A DNA stretch of 64,000 nt. Origin: Giardia intestinalis (Eukaryota). The stretch lies in NCBI GenBank assembly GCA_000002435.2, contig CM018793.1. One strand, given 5' to 3'. The position numbers and the translations under genes were made by a program. The notes beneath the pieces are model-generated. The model was not told the DNA's origin. It searched no databases and was given only the letters and a program-made list of their open reading frames with translations. This document shows, piece after piece, positions 48,462 to 56,804 of the stretch (positions are counted from its first letter, which is position 1; each line of letters opens with the position of its first letter).

Positions 48462-48920
48462 CTAGAAATAAATAGCCATCATGAGGCCCTTCTGCTTCAT
48501 GCCGCACTTTTTATAGAACTCTGCCGTGTCCGGGTCAGTATCCAGAATAACCTTGTAACAGTCGTTGTTCCTTGCCCGCTCTATCAGTGAAGTAATCAAA
48601 AAGCGCCCTATTCCTTGGTTCCGAAGAGTAAGATCTACGACAACGTCCTCGATATGACCAACAGACCGCCCTGCGTGGAGCAGCTTTGGCTCGATAATAA
48701 GTGTCGCGCATGCACAAACGGTGTCAGTTTCATCCACAACAACAGTTACGTCGTGAGATGGATTTGTGCTGACACTCTTGTAGAAGCTCACGAGCTTTTC
48801 GCGCGGAACTTCTCCCACCACGGAAAGTTGCTCCAGCAGTGTAGTCAGGCGTGAAAGGTCACGTTCCTGGATAGAGCGCAAAGAGTAGCGCCCCAGGTAC
48901 TTGGCCATCCCTCTCTGCAA
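48462..48920 (-). CDS. GNA1: Glucosamine-6-phosphate N-acetyltransferase (GNAT family), an enzyme of the UDP-GalNAc / cyst-wall polysaccharide pathway.
   Basis: ATLIIEPKLLHAGRSVGHIEDVVVDLTLRNQGIGRFLITSLIERARNNDCYKVILD..FYKKCGM aligns block for block with human GNA1 [63 protein letters not shown]. Confidence 0.8.
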   Translation of the reverse strand: MQRGMAKYLGRYSLRSIQERDLSRLTTLLEQLSVVGEVPREKLVSFYKSVSTNPSHDVTVVVDETDTVCACATLIIEPKLLHAGRSVGHIEDVVVDLTLRNQGIGRFLITSLIERARNNDCYKVILDTDPDTAEFYKKCGMKQKGLMMAIYF

Positions 48921-49007
48921 AATTCTCCAAAGGCGAAGGATAAAAAATGTGCAGACATATTACCTTTTCCCGCCTCGTCTCAGCCTTTTTGTAATAAATC
49001 TCCTCAA

Positions 49008-51095
49008 ATGTCTACAGGAGGTCTATTTTCTTCAGGCGTCTACTCTACAAACTTTGCTCCAAATCATAAAAAACACAGGTCTATGGAGGCTGCAGATCTT
49101 GTCCAGGAGCAGCCCGCCCCCATTGTGGTGATAGGGCGGAAAAACCCTAACTCCGACTCTATCCTTTCTGCGGTGGCATATGCCCATTTGCTCCAACGCC
49201 TTATGCCACATAGAACAATAACCGCCGCTGCCGCTGGCCCCATAAATGCACAAGCCTCCTACGTCTTGAAGAGGTTTAAGACAAAGAGTCCTGAAATCAT
49301 TCTCGACATCACTCCCCGTGCCCAGCATTTCAACAAGGACCAGCTAGTTGCCCTTACCGAAGATGAGCCACTGTCGCGTGCCCTGGAGCTCTACTCCATT
49401 TACAAGTTTCACGTTCTTCCGGTAATTAATAGCCAAGATCAGTGCATTGGACAGATTGCGCTGACTGACATGTTTTCTGACTTCTTGAGACCACACAGAG
49501 AGGGAGACCTCAAGAGTGTCATCACTTCCCTCAACACAGTAAAGAAGACGGTAAGGGGCCGGTTTCTCTTTTCATCGTCAATAAGCAATAAATCGAGCTC
49601 AACCCCCATGCGGCCAGGGCACGACCAGATACGACGATACAATATCATCACACCTGTAACCGTCCCGGAATATTTTGCCACCCAGACCTCCCACTTCACT
49701 CCCGAAGACTGGCAGTCTTGTATCTTCGTCGTCGGACACTATCCGGAAGTCATTGACATGATTATACGCAAAGGAGGCGGGTGTATCGTTCTCAGTCGTA
49801 GTAGCCATGTTATTGTTACTGCGAGCTCCCTGGACAGTCTTGTCAACGACAGCGACAGCAGCGACGACGAGTTTGGGGATAACGACCAGGACCCGCGAGG
49901 TTCTTTGAGCCATTCAAACTTACTGGCCACGCCATCTCTGAGCAGTTCTTTGATGACTCCAACGATAGGCGCCGTTAATACGGGAATTAGGCGGAACTCC
50001 AGTAGCTCCACCTTGTCCTCTTCACGAATCTTCACGGAGGAGCTCATCAACATGTTGAAACAAGGCAAGACGTCCGTTATCCTCACAAACATGGCCGTCT
50101 CGAGCGCAGCGATCCTTGTTAAGCAGTCCACCCCGGTCGGTCTCTACGTTAACAAGTCCAAGCACTTAATTGTGCCCGACACTATGATGCTAAGCGAAAT
50201 CAGAAAGAAGTTTGCCACGACTAAGGAGCGGGCCGTCTGTGTGGTTGACCCCTCGACAAACAAGCTCACAGGCGTTGTAACAGACATGGATCTTACAAAG
50301 AAGACACTCATCGAGGTCGTGCTTGTTGACCATAACGACATAGGCGACTCCGTTCAGGGAATAAAGTCCAGCGGGGTAGACATAATTGAAATTATAGACC
50401 ACCATAAGCTCAACAATCCCACAACACCCACTCCGATAAAGGTCACCATAGACCAGGTGGGGAGCACCTGCACCATAGTGACAAAGATGTTCCGGGACAA
50501 TGGAATTGTGCCCCCTGTGAACATCGCAGGGATCTTACTATCTGGAATAATATGCGACACCATTGGCCTCAGATCCCAGACAACAACCATATCTGATAAG
50601 AAAATGTGCGACTATTTAAGCCAGATTGTGGGAGTCAGCAGGCATGAGCTATCGCAGGAGATCTTCACAGCAAGCTCTGTCCTGATGAACTGTCAGAACA
50701 AGGAGAAACTGGTTCGTTCCGACATTCTCTCGTTCGACTTTCCAAACAAGCGCGAGAAGAAGTTTGCGATTGCAGAACTGCAGATCACCCAATACGATAT
50801 ACTCTCTCAGGGTACGCTGGCGGAGCTTCTTTCAATAGCCGAAAAGATTAAGGTGCACGACAAGTATCAGTTCGTGGCCATTCTTGCGACTAACATTGAT
50901 CCTAAGCAATCAGGATGGTCCAGCCTAATCTTCTACAGTGGCCCGGACTCCCTCATAGCTGAGCTCGGGTACACGCTGTTTAACGGAATGGATGGGATAT
51001 ACGAGTCTCGTGACATCACGAGCCGAAAGAAGCAGCTTCTCCCCCACATTCTCAGCGCGCTGAGTACTTTGGTGTTGGAGCGGGACGATTTGTAA
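49008..51095 (+). CDS. CBS-domain-containing family II (DHH/DHHA2) inorganic pyrophosphatase or exopolyphosphatase-like phosphoesterase, with a Ser-rich insert. The true start is possibly at the internal Met (MEAADLV).
   Basis: DHH motif I region VVIGRKNPNSDSILSAVAYAHLL resembles family II PPase GHQNPDTDAICSAIAYA. CBS-like LSRALELYSIYKFHVLPVINSQDQCIGQIALTDM is inserted after it. DHH motifs VLVDHNDIGDSVQGI and IIEIIDHHKL. DHHA2-like GILLSGIICDTIGLRS resembles LLAGIISDTLLFKS. Confidence 0.8.
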   Translation: MSTGGLFSSGVYSTNFAPNHKKHRSMEAADLVQEQPAPIVVIGRKNPNSDSILSAVAYAHLLQRLMPHRTITAAAAGPINAQASYVLKRFKTKSPEIILDITPRAQHFNKDQLVALTEDEPLSRALELYSIYKFHVLPVINSQDQCIGQIALTDMFSDFLRPHREGDLKSVITSLNTVKKTVRGRFLFSSSISNKSSSTPMRPGHDQIRRYNIITPVTVPEYFATQTSHFTPEDWQSCIFVVGHYPEVIDMIIRKGGGCIVLSRSSHVIVTASSLDSLVNDSDSSDDEFGDNDQDPRGSLSHSNLLATPSLSSSLMTPTIGAVNTGIRRNSSSSTLSSSRIFTEELINMLKQGKTSVILTNMAVSSAAILVKQSTPVGLYVNKSKHLIVPDTMMLSEIRKKFATTKERAVCVVDPSTNKLTGVVTDMDLTKKTLIEVVLVDHNDIGDSVQGIKSSGVDIIEIIDHHKLNNPTTPTPIKVTIDQVGSTCTIVTKMFRDNGIVPPVNIAGILLSGIICDTIGLRSQTTTISDKKMCDYLSQIVGVSRHELSQEIFTASSVLMNCQNKEKLVRSDILSFDFPNKREKKFAIAELQITQYDILSQGTLAELLSIAEKIKVHDKYQFVAILATNIDPKQSGWSSLIFYSGPDSLIAELGYTLFNGMDGIYESRDITSRKKQLLPHILSALSTLVLERDDL

Positions 51096-51205
51096 AGCAA
51101 TCTGAGTGTTTTTCTCACACTTCCTCTGTGCTGTGGTGAGCAGCAGCCTCCGCAAAGTGATCGATTGCATGCTGTGCAAGAAAATCCACTGATCCATACT
51201 TTACT

Positions 51206-51232
51206 TTCATTCTACTCTTTCATTCTACTCTT
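51206..51232. repeat. Direct tandem duplication of a 13-nt unit (tcattctactctt x 2) in an unusually long 470-nt intergenic region.
   Basis: Read directly at 51206-51231. Confidence 0.8.
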
Positions 51233-51566
51233 TAGGCGCCAAATTACAAAAGGAGACAGCTCACTGTCGAACAATCAAGGTCACTACGAGTGCACAGGAA
51301 TTCTTCATTGTTGGAAGACAGCTAGTGGGACAACCACAGCGGCCAAAGGGAGCAACAAATGCCCGACACTCCTGAGCGTTCGCCCTGTCGCATCCAACGT
51401 CTCTGCAAGTGGTCCCTCAAGGCTAGCTAAACGGTTTTTTACGGCTCTTGCTGTGTCTGATAAGGCTTGTGTAAATGCGCCGCACGGGCGGAGATCATCC
51501 ACGGTAATATCTGCCATGTCCTGGTTTACAGTATTTTTAATTAGAAGCTTTTAAGCCCTCGAAGCC

Positions 51567-53195
51567 ATGGACCTTCATTCCGCCTCGCTGCTCGGAGGGC
51601 TCGTGGTTACATTGGCTTTTTTGCTGATCCTGTATTATAAACATTTGCGGAAGACGCGGCTGCGGCTTTCCCGGGCTTCTTTGAGTGAAAAGCTATCTGT
51701 GGCCACTGGATGGATAGGCCTGACGGGAGTACGCCCAACAATGGAAGATGGCCACGTCATCAATCTTGCATTAAGATATGAGGGAGATAACTCTGAAGAT
51801 TCCTATCCAGCGGAGAATTGCCATCAGCCCTCTGTTTGCCTCTTTGGAATTTTCGACGGGCACAGCGGGACGGCATGCAGTAATTATCTTAAGACAAATT
51901 TACAGAACCTAATATCCAAGGAGCGAGATGTGTTCTATGGGGCAAGCAGCGAGGACGTATGCGAAGCGCTCTGCAGAGCCTTCCTCGCAGCAGACTCAGC
52001 CTTTGCTGACATCTTCTTCGCAGCCAACAAAAAGCACGGGGATCGATCCTCCGTGATACTCCCCACCCCAGGCTCGACAGCATGCATCGGCCTTCTGAAC
52101 AAAGACATGCTCTATGTGGCAAACGTAGGTGACTCTCGCGCAGTGCTCGGCCGTGTTAATAACGCAGACCTCTCTGTATTCCACGTCGACTTGAGCAAGG
52201 ACCACAAACCCAACCGATCTTCGGAAACAATGAGGATACTATCTGCTGGCGGCTCCGTACAGGCATCCCACGTGTCATCTAATAAGTGCCTTGTCAGCGT
52301 TGGCCCTCTTCGCGTTTGGCCAGGTGGACTCAGTGTCTCTCGCGGTATCGGGGACTTTTCTTTGAAAGCTAACAAAGAGTTAAAAAAACAGGGAATCCGG
52401 GGAGACCTCATCTCTGCGTATCCAGAAATCAGGTATACCGTGACAAACATTTGCGATCAATTTTTAGTTATTGCCTGCGACGGCGTTTATGACGTTCTCA
52501 GTAGCAAGGAGGTGGTCGAATTTGTGTACGCTAACCGACCCACAATAATGATTGATGAGATGAAAGCGGCGATGGGGCATAATACAGGTATGGTCGTTGG
52601 CTCCCATGTCGAGGATGAGTTTTCGGATTCCCCACTAGATCAATGCAGCTCCGGCTCCAGCTCCTGTCAAACGCAGAATATCACCAAATCCAAGTATCGC
52701 AATCTTTTAAGAAAGGCACTGCACGGTATAAAGCGGCTGTTTTTCCTCGTCCACCGCTTCTGTGCCGTGCTTTACTACAAGCTACTATCCACTCCACTTA
52801 ACCCCTCAGAGGCCTCAGTGGAGCTCAACGGGGGCGAAGAACCCGCCGACAACCTTGAACTCAACGAGGACATGATCCAGCAAGTTGATTGTCTGTGCGC
52901 ACAAAAGCTGGCCGAGAAACTCGCCCACCTTGCTCTAGAGCGTGAGGCGACAGATAACATAAGCGTTATCGTGGTACTCTTCCGATGGAAGGGAATAACT
53001 CCAAACACCATAGGAGGGTGGCGTGCTTATAACCAAGTGCTCACTATGCACTCGCTCAGGGAGGACGGAGACCTACGCCCACCAATACCAGACCTCTCCG
53101 ACGAGAGCTCATGTATAGCAAGAAACCACGCCGACGACGTCACTCTGTGGATCAGCAAGGACGACCCTAGTTACCCGTTTATCCGAAGCAAGTGA
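51567..53195 (+). CDS. PP2C-family Ser/Thr protein phosphatase with an N-terminal transmembrane anchor and an extended C-terminus.
   Basis: N-terminal TM LLGGLVVTLAFLLILYY. PP2C motifs FGIFDGHSG, VANVGDSRAVL, LSVSRGIGDFSLK, LVIACDGVYDVL and ATDNISVIVV. Confidence 0.9.
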   Translation: MDLHSASLLGGLVVTLAFLLILYYKHLRKTRLRLSRASLSEKLSVATGWIGLTGVRPTMEDGHVINLALRYEGDNSEDSYPAENCHQPSVCLFGIFDGHSGTACSNYLKTNLQNLISKERDVFYGASSEDVCEALCRAFLAADSAFADIFFAANKKHGDRSSVILPTPGSTACIGLLNKDMLYVANVGDSRAVLGRVNNADLSVFHVDLSKDHKPNRSSETMRILSAGGSVQASHVSSNKCLVSVGPLRVWPGGLSVSRGIGDFSLKANKELKKQGIRGDLISAYPEIRYTVTNICDQFLVIACDGVYDVLSSKEVVEFVYANRPTIMIDEMKAAMGHNTGMVVGSHVEDEFSDSPLDQCSSGSSSCQTQNITKSKYRNLLRKALHGIKRLFFLVHRFCAVLYYKLLSTPLNPSEASVELNGGEEPADNLELNEDMIQQVDCLCAQKLAEKLAHLALEREATDNISVIVVLFRWKGITPNTIGGWRAYNQVLTMHSLREDGDLRPPIPDLSDESSCIARNHADDVTLWISKDDPSYPFIRSK

Positions 53196-53262
53196 GCTGC
53201 TATCCAGAGAGAGCCAACAAATATAGCATAAGACAGACCATACGTCCATAATACCACTTCGT

Positions 53263-53868
53263 TTAGTAGCACAATCTGTAGTAGAGATGTTTCCCCGCAC
53301 TGCCCGACGTTCGTGTTATTCTGATGAGGTCCCCTGGCTTCGCGTCATACCACCGCATGATGGGATCCGACGTTTGAATGAGAGGTATTTGTGCTTCCGT
53401 GACCCGGAGCTCAGCTAAAACTCTGGCCTTTTCAGTGTTCGATAGGATGGTGTGCTTCGGTACGAGACGGTGCTTTGTGGGATTGATAAGAAACTGAGAA
53501 AAGTCGTGTATGTCTACTTCTACATCATTAATCACACGGTGCTCTGATCTACACGAGATCGCTGGACCGCCGAAGTAGACAAAGAGGCACTTTTGAACGG
53601 CCTCTTGGTCCACGTACTGCCCGATTGCTGCAGAAGCATCGACCCACGGAAGTATACTGTATACCACAGCGGTAGCCACAGGGCCCTTTGTAATGATAAA
53701 CCAGAGGGGTCGAAGGTTAGTAACGTTATCATCTATTAGTCGTCCCACCTCCTCAGCGGAGAGTCCCATCTGCTTTTCCAGGGGCCCCATCTCATACCCT
53801 CTATCGCGGTACATTTCAAGAACGACCGTATGCACGCGGGCAATGTGGTCCAGCGCAAGCGAGTCCAT
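53263..53868 (-). CDS. RPB5: DNA-directed RNA polymerases I/II/III common subunit RPB5 (RPABC1).
   Basis: The C-terminal HRLVPKHTILSNTEKARVLAELRVTEAQIPLIQTSDPIMRWYDAKPGDLIRITRTSGSAGKHLYYRLC matches the RPB5 C-terminal domain HELVPKH..L...Y.L.E.QLPRIQ..DPVA.Y.G.K.G.VVKI.R.SETSG.....R.C. Confidence 0.85.
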   Translation of the reverse strand: MDSLALDHIARVHTVVLEMYRDRGYEMGPLEKQMGLSAEEVGRLIDDNVTNLRPLWFIITKGPVATAVVYSILPWVDASAAIGQYVDQEAVQKCLFVYFGGPAISCRSEHRVINDVEVDIHDFSQFLINPTKHRLVPKHTILSNTEKARVLAELRVTEAQIPLIQTSDPIMRWYDAKPGDLIRITRTSGSAGKHLYYRLCY

Positions 53869-53995
53869 TTATTTTAAATGCAATGTCAGTAGAGAGTAAA
53901 TCGAGAGTAAACTACGAGTTGTCAGCTGCGCGGAGGCAAGGACGCTGGAAAACATATGGGGGACGTGCGCAGATTAACATGGGTGCATCAGCCAG

Positions 53996-55237
53996 GTGAA
54001 TTGCCCGGTGATTGTCGACACAGTTGAGCGGAAGGACCTTGTGCCCCCGCAGACAGCAGCAAATAAAAAAATTCAAAAATATAAAGACCTAAAAAACTGC
54101 GCACATTTGTGCCGCCAGATCTCTTGGGATCCCGAGGTGATGTCAACAGCTATCTCCTCTGGGAAGCCTTACAAATTCCACGTCAAGCTGTGCGTTTTAG
54201 ACTATCACAAGCAGACCGCAACTCCCGTATTCAGTGGGCAGATAGAGTTTTCACGCCTAGAGGAATTTATGGCAGCCATAGAGGAGCATGTTCTTGCGAA
54301 CAATGTAGTAGAGTTTAAACCAAACCACCTGTATTATAAACTGAGCAAGACCACGTTTGATCCCTTTGACAGCAAAAACATATCCTTTGTACAACGTAAC
54401 AACGGTAAGTTAATATCCCTCAACTACTATCGCAACGGGCCCGTGTCCCAGCAGGAGGTCGATAAGCGCACGCCCCCGCGCACCGTACGGCGCTCTACGT
54501 ACCATTCAGAGGAAAATGAGCAAAGGATACAAGCTCTCTCTCAGCTCCTCAGCACCAAATTTTCGGATGTCATACTGGAGCGTAGTATCTGGAACATCAT
54601 CGCGGCAGACATGCTCGTCAAAAATATAAACCCCGACACCCTTGACGCTCTTCCAGACGACTACTACACCTTTCAAGAGGCCCAGTCAATGATCAGGACG
54701 ACTCCAGCGTACATGGACGAGGGTCTTAGCACGTCAGTTAGTGACTACAGCTTCATGCAAGCACACACAAATTTACCGAGTAATTGCATCCAGACCATTC
54801 CACCGCACGACTCTGTATCTCAGCCAATGCCCTATCACGCCGCTTCCAAGACGATACAAAGCATGCAATCCGTGGAGCCTGGCCGGAAGCTTCTTTGTAT
54901 GGATTTGGTCTTCAAGAACGTTGTCATGGATGCGGTCCAGGAGATCACAGACGCGGTCCAGAAAATACAGGAAAAGTACATGTCGAGCACATACGCATGC
55001 AGCACCAATAACACCATCGGTATAGGAAGCGGAAGACAGACAGACGACGAGGAGGATGATGATGACGACCGCGTGGGGCGCGCCGTAGGGGAAGGTCCCG
55101 AGGGAGATATCGACTTACTCACTCATCGCGGGCATGATCGGGGTGCCAGAAGAAATGAGCCCGACGACGGCCCTTCAATTAGAGGTGTTTCTAGTGGTCC
55201 TCTTTCTATGCTCGGCATCGGTCCAAAGGTCAACTAG
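53996..55237 (+). CDS. Hypothetical 413-aa protein with a C-terminal acidic-then-basic charged tail, unknown function.
   Basis: Long ORF in the expected intergenic slot. DDEEDDDDDRVGRAVGEGPEGD tail. No motifs recognised. Confidence 0.5.
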   Translation: MNCPVIVDTVERKDLVPPQTAANKKIQKYKDLKNCAHLCRQISWDPEVMSTAISSGKPYKFHVKLCVLDYHKQTATPVFSGQIEFSRLEEFMAAIEEHVLANNVVEFKPNHLYYKLSKTTFDPFDSKNISFVQRNNGKLISLNYYRNGPVSQQEVDKRTPPRTVRRSTYHSEENEQRIQALSQLLSTKFSDVILERSIWNIIAADMLVKNINPDTLDALPDDYYTFQEAQSMIRTTPAYMDEGLSTSVSDYSFMQAHTNLPSNCIQTIPPHDSVSQPMPYHAASKTIQSMQSVEPGRKLLCMDLVFKNVVMDAVQEITDAVQKIQEKYMSSTYACSTNNTIGIGSGRQTDDEEDDDDDRVGRAVGEGPEGDIDLLTHRGHDRGARRNEPDDGPSIRGVSSGPLSMLGIGPKVN

Positions 55238-55325
55238 TCATAAAAGGTGTCACCTCAGACGTAAATACTATATTCACTGATCCTTTGCTTGCGTCAGTCT
55301 CGGCAGAGGAAGACCTTTCGCAAAT

Positions 55326-56732
55326 TTGAGGCTCTTTAAATTTTTCAGACGGAGCCATTTGACACACATGTCGCTAGTGCTATCGGCCCTTGGCAGCTCA
55401 GGCACTGAGAATCGTCTGCAGAGAAGCGGGAGCCGTCATAGAGGCCTCAGCTATAAGTCAGATAGGCTGAAAGTCTCTCTTGTCCTGTCGGTACCTAAAA
55501 CTGGTCCGAGTGCAGAAGAAACATTAAAGGAAGACATACGGTTCATAGACCGGCTAAAGCACCCTCATATCTCTAGGATCACGGCAGCAGTAAAGGATAA
55601 ATCGGATTATTACGAAGTATGTCTTTCAACCCACATCGAGGGGCAAACCCTCAGAGACCTTATAGATTGCAAGGCTGCAGATTCGGCTGTGATTGCAGAA
55701 GATAAGGTTTGGGCCATCTTGGCCCAACTCCTGGATGCAGCAGCTGCCTGTCAACGTCTTTACCGGTCACATCTGAATATCGCACCGTCGAACATTTATA
55801 TCTCTGACCTGTACTACGTTAAACTGGGGCGTCCGCTATTGACCAGTGAGCGGAAAGAGACGACGACCTGGTCAAGCGACACCACCCCATACAAGAGTCT
55901 AGAGGTCATCAGTGGCACATCCTTCTCCCCAGCCTCTGACGTGTGGTCCATTGGATGTATTGTCTATGAACTCTGTACTTTAACACCCCTATTCACAGCC
56001 CGATCTGTCAACGATATGCTTCAAGATCTTCAAGAGATTTCTCGCCTGGAGTTCATCCCGGGATACTCCGCAGATCTCTTTTTGCTGCTTACGCAAATGC
56101 TCGCAGTAGACGAAGCAGCTCGCATCTCTGCTTCTGACGCTCTACGACATCCACGAATCCGGCATTCTGTCGGGCAATTCAGATACAACATCGAAACAGA
56201 GTTATCAGAGCTTACCTTTGAGGACCTCCCAGAGCTCTTCACTGAGAAGAGAGTGCAAAAGCTAGGAGGCAGTCAAACGCGGAGACAGGGAGGAAGTGTG
56301 TTGCAGACCTGTGAACCCTCTACTCGGAGGGATTCGCCTTCGTGTAAGAGCCGGGTTAACGCAAGCGCCACCGCTGTGAAGGGCGCCATACGAAATCTAG
56401 CCATCTCCAGACTATCTATGAGCCTTCAGGAGTGCGTCAAGATGGCGGAGAACAAAAACACTGGGCCGTCCAGATCAGCTGTCATGGAGGACCGGGCTGC
56501 CAGGGCGATTAAACATGAAGAGTTTGATGGCCCGGTATCATCACCAGATTTGGCCATGTCTCCCGGGGAGTCTGCCATCATCAACTCTCTAGAGATTCTT
56601 CTGCGGCCTTGCGATCACGTGATGACGACCACGGAGTATGCTCGCTTGCTAGACTTGAGGCGCTGCCCTAGTTGTGGGGGCAAGGTTAAGAGCATAGAGT
56701 TTATAAACGAGCTCACGTCCATAAGGATATGA
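55326..56732 (+). CDS. NEK-like pseudokinase (degenerate kinase domain), directly upstream of an active NEK-ankyrin kinase gene.
   Basis: Kinase-like with conserved SDVWSIGCIVYEL (subdomain IX) and a kinase-like C-lobe. It lacks the Gly loop. HRD is replaced by SHLNIAPSN and DFG by DLYYVKLG. Confidence 0.6.
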   Translation: MRLFKFFRRSHLTHMSLVLSALGSSGTENRLQRSGSRHRGLSYKSDRLKVSLVLSVPKTGPSAEETLKEDIRFIDRLKHPHISRITAAVKDKSDYYEVCLSTHIEGQTLRDLIDCKAADSAVIAEDKVWAILAQLLDAAAACQRLYRSHLNIAPSNIYISDLYYVKLGRPLLTSERKETTTWSSDTTPYKSLEVISGTSFSPASDVWSIGCIVYELCTLTPLFTARSVNDMLQDLQEISRLEFIPGYSADLFLLLTQMLAVDEAARISASDALRHPRIRHSVGQFRYNIETELSELTFEDLPELFTEKRVQKLGGSQTRRQGGSVLQTCEPSTRRDSPSCKSRVNASATAVKGAIRNLAISRLSMSLQECVKMAENKNTGPSRSAVMEDRAARAIKHEEFDGPVSSPDLAMSPGESAIINSLEILLRPCDHVMTTTEYARLLDLRRCPSCGGKVKSIEFINELTSIRI

Positions 56733-56804
56733 TGTGCTTGGTTTAGTAACTTTCCAATTCTTCGCAGGATATCTGGCAAGAAATGTGAATTTTCCATTTA
56801 AAAA

